64,000 bases of DNA. Origin: Leptospiraceae bacterium. Lineage in GTDB: Bacteria; Spirochaetota; Leptospiria; Leptospirales; Leptonemataceae. Below the pieces are notes generated by a model. That model searched no databases, was not told where the DNA came from, and saw nothing but the letters and a program-made list of their open reading frames with translations. How positions within the stretch are numbered: position 1 is the stretch's first letter; every line of letters begins with the position of its first letter. Made by a program: the position numbers and the translations under genes. The DNA lies in the NCBI GenBank assembly GCA_040217195.1, contig JAVJNR010000003.1, positions 768,001-832,000 of the forward strand. Reading direction: 5' to 3'. Positions 10,584 through 19,675 of this stretch are shown in pieces.

Positions 10584-10706
10584 CCCATTAGAATTATCGG
10601 ACCGGTGACTGGAATTCATGGAAAAAATAGGGAAAGGTCCGGCTCTTTAGAAATCCGGAAAATAACCTGGAGAAAACCGGAATGGACTTTCTTCCGTGGG
10701 CTGTAG

Positions 10707-10895
10707 CTAATCGTCCAGAACCCTGGAGCGGTCGGTGACATCCTTTTCTCTGGAACCAGAGAAGGATGACCAGCGGCTCTCTTTACCAGAAAACCGCGGC
10801 TGCTCCTCCTGGTGGCCCCCGGATGATTTCAGGAGCCAGGATTTGATCAATCGATAGCCAATGTATAGCAGTACAGCGTAGAGAATAAGCCTCAT
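10707..10895 (-). CDS. small membrane protein
   Basis: 62 aa, N-terminal TM; start overlaps the stop of the caspase gene. Confidence 0.65.
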   Translation of the reverse strand: MRLILYAVLLYIGYRLIKSWLLKSSGGHQEEQPRFSGKESRWSSFSGSREKDVTDRSRVLDD

Positions 10896-12634
10896 CTATC
10901 CCTAACGCTTTTTCGTGTCAGTACCACGTCAAGCTTGGTTATGCCCCCCGGTCTCACCTCAAATCGATTGTTTTCGATCGGAGAATTCTCCAGAAAGGAT
11001 ACCATCAGCTGATAGTTCGCGCTGGCGGGCAGATTTAAGAACCAGAAGGATCCATCAGACAGGGTTTTGAATTTATGAATTTGATTCACCCCTGTAACGG
11101 TAGGCATCCAGATTTCATGACCGGCCATGGGCTGCTCATAGTTCTTATAGAATACCTTTCCTTCGATGGAACCTCTTCCTGTGATACTGGCAACCACCAG
11201 CTCTTTTGCAACCTGATTCTTTTCTACACCAACTCTTCGTTTCAGAGCTGGATAACCATCTGCTTCAATGGTAACTTCATGAACCCCTGCGGGAACATCA
11301 GAAATGACGATCAGGGCTACCTGATTTCTTTTGACTACACCGTTGAAGGAATAGACACCCAGAGGAATTTGCTCACCCGTAATCTGGCGCAGCTGATATT
11401 CGTTAACCCATTGAAGTTTAACTGGGAATTCCTTCCCTGACACGGTGGCTTTCACCCGGCGATCTTCATCTTTCCTGGGTTCGCGGTTCTTTCCTTCACC
11501 CGGCTTTCGCTTATAAGGGCTGGTTTCACCGATTATGGCATGTGGATCGTTTTCTCCAATGATTTCATTGGGATTCATGGAACTCACAGCATACTTGCTT
11601 TTCAGGATGGTCGTGGCCAGAATGATTTTTCCCTGCTCTCCATGATTTACCACTTCTGGCTCAGTGGGTCCTACTGGATCTACCGGATCCACCGGATTGG
11701 GTGGTGGACCCACAGGCGAAGGGTTGGGATTGGGCTGAGGATCCACCACATTGGGTCCTGGCTGTGGAGCCGGTGGCGTAGGCTTGAACTGACCTGCAAT
11801 TTGAATTCCTGATCCATCGCCAATCAGCTGGGGAGTTTGCTTATGATTATATTTCTTCGCGCTATCGGTAACCCTCTTGCGGGTCCATTCAAAGGCTTCA
11901 AATATTGTAACCGTCCGGTCCTTATTCAGGTCTCCGTTGGCTGGATTCAATGCCTGGGCGAAATAGTAGGTAAAGATTCCATGATTAATGCCGCCTCTGA
12001 TTTCAATAGAAGTCTCATTTGCATCGCTGGAGGCAACTACTACTTTGTTATCAAAGTAACGTGTAGCATTTCGGTTCTGCAGTACGATTCCGGAGCTGCC
12101 ATCGCCTACGGGTACATCCCCGGTTCCGCGCTGCTTCTTGTTCTGTCGTCCAATACCACCGGCATGGCAACAATCGAATACAAATACGGTTTTTGTAGAT
12201 TCAACATCTTCGAGCCATTCGTTTAGCTGAAGCTCGCTAATGTGCGGCCGGTTGAACATTACAATAACATTGTCCAGTCCATCCGGAGCATTTTTATTCC
12301 TCTGGTAAGTTCCATGACCGGAAAAGTAAAAGACTACGGTATCGTCTTCATCGGTTTCATCCGCCACTTCTTCGATGGCCTTCTCAACATTGGTGGCCGT
12401 AACCATGCGACCCAGGTACACCTTGACATCATCGAATCGGCCGTGGGACTTCAGGGTTTGTTCCATGAGAGCGGCATCCTTCTCACAGAGTTCCAGGGGT
12501 GGAATGCCCGCAGAATTACCTGTGTAGTTGGTGCCAAAAAGCACAGCTACTCGCTTCGCCTGCACCGAGCCCAGGGCAGCAAACAGGCCCACTACCATCA
12601 CCAGCCATCGCATCTTTCGTATCATAGAATCCAT
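10892..12634 (-). CDS. secreted caspase-family (peptidase C14) protein with Pro-rich linker and C-terminal beta-sandwich domains
   Basis: Signal peptide ending VQA; YFSGHG and VFDCCH catalytic dyad; HGIFTYYF and QTPQL motifs. Confidence 0.88.
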   Translation of the reverse strand: MDSMIRKMRWLVMVVGLFAALGSVQAKRVAVLFGTNYTGNSAGIPPLELCEKDAALMEQTLKSHGRFDDVKVYLGRMVTATNVEKAIEEVADETDEDDTVVFYFSGHGTYQRNKNAPDGLDNVIVMFNRPHISELQLNEWLEDVESTKTVFVFDCCHAGGIGRQNKKQRGTGDVPVGDGSSGIVLQNRNATRYFDNKVVVASSDANETSIEIRGGINHGIFTYYFAQALNPANGDLNKDRTVTIFEAFEWTRKRVTDSAKKYNHKQTPQLIGDGSGIQIAGQFKPTPPAPQPGPNVVDPQPNPNPSPVGPPPNPVDPVDPVGPTEPEVVNHGEQGKIILATTILKSKYAVSSMNPNEIIGENDPHAIIGETSPYKRKPGEGKNREPRKDEDRRVKATVSGKEFPVKLQWVNEYQLRQITGEQIPLGVYSFNGVVKRNQVALIVISDVPAGVHEVTIEADGYPALKRRVGVEKNQVAKELVVASITGRGSIEGKVFYKNYEQPMAGHEIWMPTVTGVNQIHKFKTLSDGSFWFLNLPASANYQLMVSFLENSPIENNRFEVRPGGITKLDVVLTRKSVRDR

Positions 12635-12757
12635 CCGTATTGGTAATCTCCCAGAAAGAATCTGCTTTCCGGGTACTGTATTTCGAGATCTACCATCCTC
12701 TGGTTTTTGGACGAGGACTGTCCAACCTGGTTCGGCCTTTTTGGGCCTGAATCTGGA

Positions 12758-13132
12758 TCAGTGGTCCTTTCCTTTCAGAAATAGGCGAATGTGATCACCC
12801 ACATGTTTCTGAAATACATCCTTGAGGGCCCGATCTTTTAGCTGCTTTAGATTTCTGTCAACTGCATCCAGCAGCAGTAGGCTATGGCGCAGGTAGGTTT
12901 TCTCGTAAACTTGAGATTCAGGGATTGGGTTGGCACCGTAGGTTTGATCCAGTAACTGCTGGACTTCGGTGCTGACCGAGTCTATATCATAGAACAGGTG
13001 CTCATAATTCTCGCCGATGAATTCTGCCTGAGAGTCCGGGTTTTCCGATTTCAACGCATCCCGCAGCAAGGTATGGGCCTTCCAGAGAAGGCCACGATAC
13101 CGTTTGAGCAGGAAACGTAAAAAAGAAGTCAA
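12758..13132 (-). CDS. hypothetical helical protein translationally coupled to fliS
   Basis: TTG at 13132 overlaps the fliS TGA (TTGA); 124 aa, helical composition. Confidence 0.6.
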   Translation of the reverse strand: MTSFLRFLLKRYRGLLWKAHTLLRDALKSENPDSQAEFIGENYEHLFYDIDSVSTEVQQLLDQTYGANPIPESQVYEKTYLRHSLLLLDAVDRNLKQLKDRALKDVFQKHVGDHIRLFLKGKDH

Positions 13133-13575
13133 CCCTGGATGTTCAATCCAGCGCCTTCCGGTCGACCGGTGGCTGGACGAGGGGCGGATGTGCCGGATCC
13201 CTCTCGGCTCAGGACTTCTTCCCATGCGGCTTTTAGCGGTTCGATGAGTTTAATAACCTCATCGATGACTGCTCCTTCTTTGGCCATATTGGCTTCCAGC
13301 AGCCGCTTTTTCATGTAGGCATACAGGTTAAACAGGTTCTGGGCCACCTCGCCTCCCTCCATGTTCAGAGAGAGCATTAGCTCGGTGATAATATCCTGGG
13401 CTTTAATGATGTTTGCATTTGCTACATCATACGTCCTGGGATTCAGATTATCCTGTGCAATTCTGAGAAAGCGGATAGCACCATCGTATAGCATGACTAT
13501 CAGCTTGCCTTGATTGGCTGTCTGGATCTCGGTATCTTTGTAGGCGTCGTACTGGCTTTTTCTGGCTAGGGCCAT
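13129..13575 (-). CDS. fliS: flagellin export chaperone FliS
   Basis: LIVMLYDGAIRFL, KAQDIITEL, NLFNLYAYM and LKAAWEE motifs. Confidence 0.95.
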   Translation of the reverse strand: MALARKSQYDAYKDTEIQTANQGKLIVMLYDGAIRFLRIAQDNLNPRTYDVANANIIKAQDIITELMLSLNMEGGEVAQNLFNLYAYMKKRLLEANMAKEGAVIDEVIKLIEPLKAAWEEVLSREGSGTSAPRPATGRPEGAGLNIQG

Positions 13576-13715
13576 TGAATCACTCCCGTGCTTTGCCTAT
13601 CGGCGGTATGGCAATTCGGCTTAATAGTTGTAATCATTCCAGGCACCGAATTTCCGCACCTCGGCCCGACGGGCCTCCGGAGCCTCAGATCCGACCTGAA
13701 ACCTCCGAGCCGGAC

Positions 13716-14579
13716 TTACTGGGCCGGATTGTCAATCATCCAGCCTGCGCCCAGAAGCACCAGAATCAGTATACCCAGCAGGATTCGGTAGGCAACAAAA
13801 ATGAGAGTGCTATGAGTCCTTAAATAGCGGAGTAAACCGGCCACAGCAATGTAGCCGGACAGACCAGCCACTATTGTACCCAGCAAAAGCCCTTCCAGAC
13901 CCAGGGTTTTCAGCTCATCAAAGTCTTTGATAAGCTCATAAACTCCAGAAAGCCCGATGGCAGGAATCGAAAGCAGAAAAGAAAATCGCATGGAGCCCTG
14001 ACGAGTGAGCCCCAGGAACAATCCCATCATCAAAGTTGTACCTGATCGGGATGCGCCCGGAACCAGAGCCAGTGCCTGCGCCATACCAATCCAGAAAGCA
14101 TCCATCATAGTAATGCTGTTAACGAGCCGCTCTTTTTTGCCGGTGCGGTCCGCCCACCAGAGAAATACAGCCAGGATAATTAAACTGCCAGCGATCACAT
14201 AGAGTGATCGAAACGGACCCACTATGTAATCTTTAAGTATGAGACCGAAAACGGAAACTGGAATGGTTCCAACAATCAGATAGTAGGGCATCCTGGCGTC
14301 CAGGTCCCAGTCTCGAAACTGGGCAAACTGAAGCCTCTGTCCCTGGGCCGGGAACAATGAACGATAGGTTGCCACAATGAATTCGCCCAGGTCTTTGCGA
14401 AAATAGACAACCAGAGATAATAGAGTCCCGAGTTGCAGCACAGCCGAATAGGCCGCACCGGGATCCTTGAGCTGCATGAAGGCAGGAATGATTCGAAGAT
14501 GCGCCGTGCTGGAAATCGGAATAAATTCCGCCAGGCCCTGTACAAGCCCCAGAATGACAGCTGTCTGATTGTCGATCAT
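13716..14579 (-). CDS. uppP: undecaprenyl-diphosphate phosphatase
   Basis: GLVQGLAEFIPISSTAH, QALALVPGASRSGTT and FSFLLSIP motifs. Confidence 0.96.
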   Translation of the reverse strand: MIDNQTAVILGLVQGLAEFIPISSTAHLRIIPAFMQLKDPGAAYSAVLQLGTLLSLVVYFRKDLGEFIVATYRSLFPAQGQRLQFAQFRDWDLDARMPYYLIVGTIPVSVFGLILKDYIVGPFRSLYVIAGSLIILAVFLWWADRTGKKERLVNSITMMDAFWIGMAQALALVPGASRSGTTLMMGLFLGLTRQGSMRFSFLLSIPAIGLSGVYELIKDFDELKTLGLEGLLLGTIVAGLSGYIAVAGLLRYLRTHSTLIFVAYRILLGILILVLLGAGWMIDNPAQ

Positions 14580-14745
14580 GAACCAGGATTGAAAGCCATT
14601 TAGGCCGGTCCAGTGAGTATTTGCTCAGATCTGGCCCAATGTCCGTGTCCCTGCTTCCCATTGGGCTCAGGTACATATTAATTCGCCGCGGTAGGAGTGT
14701 TCCAGGCCCATCCCCGGTGAAGTGTGCCGAAAGCCCTACCCTGGC

Positions 14746-15150
14746 CTAGTATTTCACCATGGGCTTCAGTCTCTTGGCCGTTGTAACCCAGCGCTTCACC
14801 TGAACCATACCAGGCACTCTTTCCACAAAGTTCTTCTTCTTGTTCATCTCCAGTAATGATTCATAGAGATTGTCCGGCCTTCTTTTGGACAGTTCCTTAA
14901 TGGTATCTACGCCTGCAGCCTCCAGCAATTCGGCCTTCAGACCTGCAATTCCTTTGATACGAAACAGATCTGCATGATTGACCCATTTAAGCAGTTGTTT
15001 TTCGCTTATCCTGGCTTCCTTTGAAATCTGCTTTCTGTCCTGCGGCCTGCTGGCCTGCTCCAGAAGCTTCTCAATTGTAGTAATGCCAACTGATTTCAGC
15101 TTCTGCGCTGCCCTGTCATCGATTCCTTCTATACGATTAAGCTTTGCCAT
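14746..15150 (-). CDS. DUF4332 (helix-hairpin-helix) protein
   Basis: IEGID...LKSVGITT, WVNHADLFRIKGI and ELLEAAGVDTIKELS motifs; ATG 15150 with GGAGAGG upstream. Confidence 0.88.
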   Translation of the reverse strand: MAKLNRIEGIDDRAAQKLKSVGITTIEKLLEQASRPQDRKQISKEARISEKQLLKWVNHADLFRIKGIAGLKAELLEAAGVDTIKELSKRRPDNLYESLLEMNKKKNFVERVPGMVQVKRWVTTAKRLKPMVKY

Positions 15151-15630
15151 GATTTTCCTCTCCCCAAATGACGCGGCAGATGCAGATGCTTTCTGTGCCG
15201 CGAATGTAAAATAGAACCCGGGATAACTCAGACTTTCGCGTGGGATCTTCGGGCGAAGCCTCCTAAGACCCAATGGTTTCGCCTTTCTGACTGAGCTGGC
15301 CTATCTCCCCCATGTATAGTGTACGTTATACTTGGGATCAAGTATTTTATAAATCTAAAGCAAATTTTTTCAACCATTCGGCCAGGTCCAGGGATACATT
15401 CTCAAGCAGATAGGGTATAGTTGCAGGCCAAGATTCTAATGCTGCAAGCTTAGGTTAGTCGCCGGTGGACATTCAAAGGATGATTATACCATCAGGCGAT
15501 TTTCGCCGCCACCTGCCTAAATGGTGGGCTGCCAGACTTAATCTGATTTAGCTGGGGGTAGAAGATCTTAAAAGAAGAATGATTCAGTATTTGCATGGAG
15601 AAATCCATGGGTTCCAAAAAATCAGTGAAT

Positions 15631-16146
15631 ATGCCGGGCGAAAGATACATTCGATCCTATTTCTATAAAATCGATGGCAAGGGATTACTTTACCATGATG
15701 GCACCTTGCAGGATGATGCGAAGTTCCTGGATTTCTTTTTCAAGCGTCTCAAGCCCAACGATACGGGGGAAAATCCAGATTATCCATACATTTCACCTTG
15801 CGGCAAAGAGATGAATTTCATCAGAAGCGAAGGGGCTCCCTTTGTTTTCAGGAAGCTAAACGACCAGCGTAAGGTTTTGATTTTTGCAGCATCCCTGGAG
15901 TTTAACTGGAGGCCGGAACAACTAGTATTTGGATCCGACGGACAGCTGTATCATCCGGCGCCGTTTGAGCTTGGTCGCATATCTCCTGAACTACTACTTG
16001 AATGGCAGAACTATCTGGACTTCGATAGCAGCTGGAAAATTCGACCGGAGGGACCCTTCGCAAGCCTGAGCAAAACTCAGATTCTATCTCCTATGGAGGA
16101 AGACCTGGATAAAAGGATGAGGTTACCCGAGCATTTCCCTGCCTGA
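15631..16146 (+). CDS. DUF4505 (UPF0598/C8orf82-like) protein
   Basis: RSYFYKID, FLDFFFKRL, YPYISPCGKEMNF and GQLYHP motifs; start between 15595 and 15631. Confidence 0.75.
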   Translation: MPGERYIRSYFYKIDGKGLLYHDGTLQDDAKFLDFFFKRLKPNDTGENPDYPYISPCGKEMNFIRSEGAPFVFRKLNDQRKVLIFAASLEFNWRPEQLVFGSDGQLYHPAPFELGRISPELLLEWQNYLDFDSSWKIRPEGPFASLSKTQILSPMEEDLDKRMRLPEHFPA

Positions 16147-16235
16147 TTGGGAACTGATTCCGAGTCAAATTTGCCAGAGAGACAGGCCCGCCAGGAATGG
16201 CCGGACAATACGACCATCCGAACGGACCTTAATTC

Positions 16236-16775
16236 TTAGTATCTTGGAATGGAGTCGTCTATTTCTTCAGACCAACGGTCAATTCCACCACGCAGACTTT
16301 TTACGTTTGGAAGACCATGACCTTTAAAATAGCTGGCCGCTTCCAGGGATCGCTGACCCACATGGCAATAGAATGCGATGTTAGTATCTTTTTCCCATTT
16401 GTTGAGAATTTCGTAGGCCATTTCCCGGGTAAGCATTTCTGAGCCGGGAATCTCTGCCATTTGCGCCTCGAAAGGCTCTCGAACATCGATGATTCTCCAG
16501 TTCTCGCCGGCATCCAGTTTGGACTTCAGTTCCTGGGGATCGATTTGCATCTCTTCATCCACTCGAGCGCTTTCATAGATATGATCGATGGCCTCGCCCA
16601 CTGAATTTGGACGGTTATGATTGATGAAGACCTCTTCCAGAGTGTCGCTGGGAGCGAATCCGCAGCTGGAACAGCCGCCAATATGGTATTTTTGAAAAAG
16701 TGCTCTCTTGGCGCTGGGATAAATATCCATGATCTCCATCATAGACATATCAGGAGTAATATCTTTTGTAAGCAT
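16236..16775 (-). CDS. rhodanese-domain protein with N-terminal CxxC (DUF1858-like) domain
   Basis: IIDVREPFE, FYCHVGQRS and LRGGIDRW rhodanese motifs; N-terminal HIGGCSSCG. Confidence 0.85.
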   Translation of the reverse strand: MLTKDITPDMSMMEIMDIYPSAKRALFQKYHIGGCSSCGFAPSDTLEEVFINHNRPNSVGEAIDHIYESARVDEEMQIDPQELKSKLDAGENWRIIDVREPFEAQMAEIPGSEMLTREMAYEILNKWEKDTNIAFYCHVGQRSLEAASYFKGHGLPNVKSLRGGIDRWSEEIDDSIPRY

Positions 16776-16940
16776 CAAATCCTCTCCATTGGAAGTATTA
16801 AGGGCCCAGATTGGCCCGGGATGACCATGTCGACTCAAGCGCGGTACAGGTCCATCTCTCAGAGGAAAAAAACAAAACTGGCAGGAATGGAAAGCCTTTT
16901 CCTTCTTGCGGAGCAGCAGGGTAATGGGAAATCGACTTAA

Positions 16941-17531
16941 GTGGACCCGCTTTCTAGAATTCCATCCGGCCGAATTGGTCGAACCTTATTGTCTGTAATA
17001 CTGGCTGCCTTTCTAGGCGGCTGTAGCACACCGGACTTCATTCAGGAACTCTACGGGGTTAATCCAGAACCTCAGGTGCATCTGACCTATCACCGGGCAG
17101 CCTATCGCTGCAGTATCCTGGTGGAAGACATGAAGGTACCGGTAAAGATACTGCCCCGGGCTCCCATTCCCTATTCCGATCAAGCCTTTGCTGGCATCCG
17201 GGTAGGCTACAATTTCCCTTTTGAGCATTTCAAGGAAATCATGACCTGGGCCCGGAACTACTATAAAGAAGCCCGGTATATTATGCTAACTGATCCGGCC
17301 CAGGGTGGGAACCGAGTATCCCATTATACCATGCATCTGGGTGTGCGCACCGACGAAGCCTTCCAGGGAGGATGGAAACCCTGGAGCAATGAAGATTTCA
17401 ATCGGATTCGTTCCCTATCGTCCCAGGAAGAAATGCATCAGCTTCTGCGTTCCTTCAAGCAGGAGCCCAATCCATTACCATACCAGTCTGACGATAACAA
17501 TTGGTGGAACCTGGAATTCTGGTCCTTGTAG
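16941..17531 (+). CDS. hypothetical lipoprotein
   Basis: LLSVILAAFLGGC lipobox. Confidence 0.75.
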   Translation: MDPLSRIPSGRIGRTLLSVILAAFLGGCSTPDFIQELYGVNPEPQVHLTYHRAAYRCSILVEDMKVPVKILPRAPIPYSDQAFAGIRVGYNFPFEHFKEIMTWARNYYKEARYIMLTDPAQGGNRVSHYTMHLGVRTDEAFQGGWKPWSNEDFNRIRSLSSQEEMHQLLRSFKQEPNPLPYQSDDNNWWNLEFWSL

Positions 17532-17673
17532 GTTTCGGCAGATTCATATAGACAGACGCTACTGGCGCAAACCGATGCTTGATTCGCAATCCTCATCGAT
17601 ATTCTCATCCCAATCCCTCTGGAACAGAGGATTCCAGTCGAATCCAAATAACCAGAACCCATCCAGACAAAGA

Positions 17674-18324
17674 ATGACCAATAAGCGAGATGCTGTTGAG
17701 GCAGGAATCATCCCATATCTGGCCTGCGTTTTGTTTCTTCTGATTTTTCATTGTAGCCCAGGTAGCGAGCCCTATACCTTTTTGCTTCCGGAATCCAGAA
17801 ACTATTTAATCATTGGAGACTCGCTCACCGAGCGTTCGGATGGATTTTACCTGGAAAACCTCAGTCCAGATCCATTAACGGTGTACATCCGGGGCGTGGA
17901 CGGCTATGATTACAGGGACTGGTATCTTAGAATGGATCAGGCATTTGCAGGGATTCCATCACCGGATCGAATCATTACGGTTCTGGGTTCCAACGATGCG
18001 GCGCGTTTCAGCGGACAGGACTTTCTGGACAATGTGAATCAATTTCATGAGGCCATCCGGCAACGTAGCAGTGCCACTGTATTCTATACCCAGGTGCCCC
18101 GAAGTCGCTATCTGCCTATTCAAAACGGAATACTTTCCAACAATGCATTACTGGAGAGTAACCTCCCTGCAGAATCCAGGTTAATCGACCTGGACACACC
18201 GTTTGAAACCCATTTAAGTACCGGAGGAGCTCCCCTGTATCCGCAGGATGATGCCATTCATCCCAATCGGACAGGCTATACTTTAATGGGTACTATCATT
18301 CTGGAAGCTCTGTACAGAGATTAG
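17674..18324 (+). CDS. SGNH/GDSL hydrolase lipoprotein
   Basis: IIGDSLT, LGSND and DAIHPN blocks; LLIFHC lipobox. Confidence 0.88.
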   Translation: MTNKRDAVEAGIIPYLACVLFLLIFHCSPGSEPYTFLLPESRNYLIIGDSLTERSDGFYLENLSPDPLTVYIRGVDGYDYRDWYLRMDQAFAGIPSPDRIITVLGSNDAARFSGQDFLDNVNQFHEAIRQRSSATVFYTQVPRSRYLPIQNGILSNNALLESNLPAESRLIDLDTPFETHLSTGGAPLYPQDDAIHPNRTGYTLMGTIILEALYRD

Positions 18325-18326
18325 AT

Positions 18327-19589
18327 TCAGACTCTCAGGGAATCCGCAACGCTACTCATTTCAGCCAGGAGCAGATAACTGGCTACCCGCCCCATTCCTT
18401 TTAGCTCCACAAAGCCCCTTTCTTCGAACTGAAACTTGCCCTTGAGTAGAGAGTAAGTAGATTCGGTAACCTGAACTTTACCTGGCACCCCGCTGGATTC
18501 CATTCTAGACGCAGTGTTTACGCTTTTGCCCCAGAGGTCATAGACGAATTTCTTTTTTCCAATTACCCCGGCCACCGCATCGCCGGATGCCATGCCGATG
18601 CGAATCTCCAGTGGTAGCTCCTCTACCTCACGGTATCTCCGCACCACTTCCAACATATCCAGGGCAAATCTGGCTACACTCTCTGCATGCTTCTGGTCTG
18701 GTTCTGGTAATCCGCCAACCACCATATAAGCATCGCCTATGGTTTTGATTTTCTCCAGACCATGCTTTTCTGCCAGGTCATCAAACTCAGAGAAGATGCG
18801 ATTTAGCAGATCCACAACATCCACAGGACTCATGGAATGCGACATTTCAGTAAATCCCACAATGTCAGAAAACAAAATAGTACATTCTTCGAACCGCTCC
18901 GCAATGGTATCCGGGCTTTCGCGAAGCTTATCCACAATGGAAGCGGGTAAAATGTTCAGCAGCAATTTCTCTGATTTGGATCTCTCCAGGTGTAAATAGG
19001 TCTCCGCCACTTCATAGATTCGACTGATATAGGCCGCAAGTCCCAGGGTCAGGACCCCTGCACCCAGCAAATTGGCCCTTGAGATGGATAGCATATCCTG
19101 CTGGGTCCAGTTCAGATTGCGCCCCATCTCCGGTAAGTAAATGTGCAGAGCTGCCAGTTCCAGAAGAGCGGCAAAGCCAGTGAAGTTCATCCAGCTACGC
19201 TGTCTGGCCGGAAAAATGAAGAATTGAGCCAGTATGACGGGAAACAGAAAGAAGTGAAAGTTGGACTCCGCCCCCATAAGAAAGCTCATCAAACCCATGA
19301 AGATCATGCCGCTCAGAGAAAAGTATAGCCGGGCCAGCAGTCTGTATCCTTTTCCGTTTAGAAACAGCACACCAAGTAATAGAAGACTGTATACGAGTGG
19401 GATTTTGGGCAGGAGCTGCAGATTATCTGGAAGAATGGCAACGGAGATGCCGGTAAATATCAGAGTAAAAAGTAGCATCAAAACGGCCAGGGTATTAACC
19501 AGCAGCACATTCTTCTGCTCTGCTTCATCTTTTACCCCCGTCATCCCACTATAGGCGATGGTATTCCAGATCAGCTGAAGCATAGACAC
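18327..19589 (-). CDS. membrane class III adenylate/guanylate cyclase
   Basis: About 6 TM helices; ILFSDIVGFT, KIKTIGDAYM and YDLWGKSVNTASRMES motifs. Confidence 0.94.
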   Translation of the reverse strand: MSMLQLIWNTIAYSGMTGVKDEAEQKNVLLVNTLAVLMLLFTLIFTGISVAILPDNLQLLPKIPLVYSLLLLGVLFLNGKGYRLLARLYFSLSGMIFMGLMSFLMGAESNFHFFLFPVILAQFFIFPARQRSWMNFTGFAALLELAALHIYLPEMGRNLNWTQQDMLSISRANLLGAGVLTLGLAAYISRIYEVAETYLHLERSKSEKLLLNILPASIVDKLRESPDTIAERFEECTILFSDIVGFTEMSHSMSPVDVVDLLNRIFSEFDDLAEKHGLEKIKTIGDAYMVVGGLPEPDQKHAESVARFALDMLEVVRRYREVEELPLEIRIGMASGDAVAGVIGKKKFVYDLWGKSVNTASRMESSGVPGKVQVTESTYSLLKGKFQFEERGFVELKGMGRVASYLLLAEMSSVADSLRV

Positions 19590-19675
19590 AGATAGTCAAA
19601 AAGTCCTTACTACGGCGCAACCATTTTGTCTGGGGTTCAGCAAAATGACTTAAAAAGTCCCCGTTGCAGCCCACT

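Noticed and set aside
11650..11780. Pro-rich repeats in the caspase gene (and EP/AP tracts in 58379..60511)
   Set aside because: Ordinary low-complexity linkers
10892..12634. Caspase as part of an anti-phage defence island
   Set aside because: Has a signal peptide and no neighbouring defence genes
15221..15301. c-di-GMP-I, fluoride or ZTP riboswitch
   Set aside because: AAAGGCGAAACC resembles their starts, but the downstream conserved elements are absent; kept only as an unclassified structure
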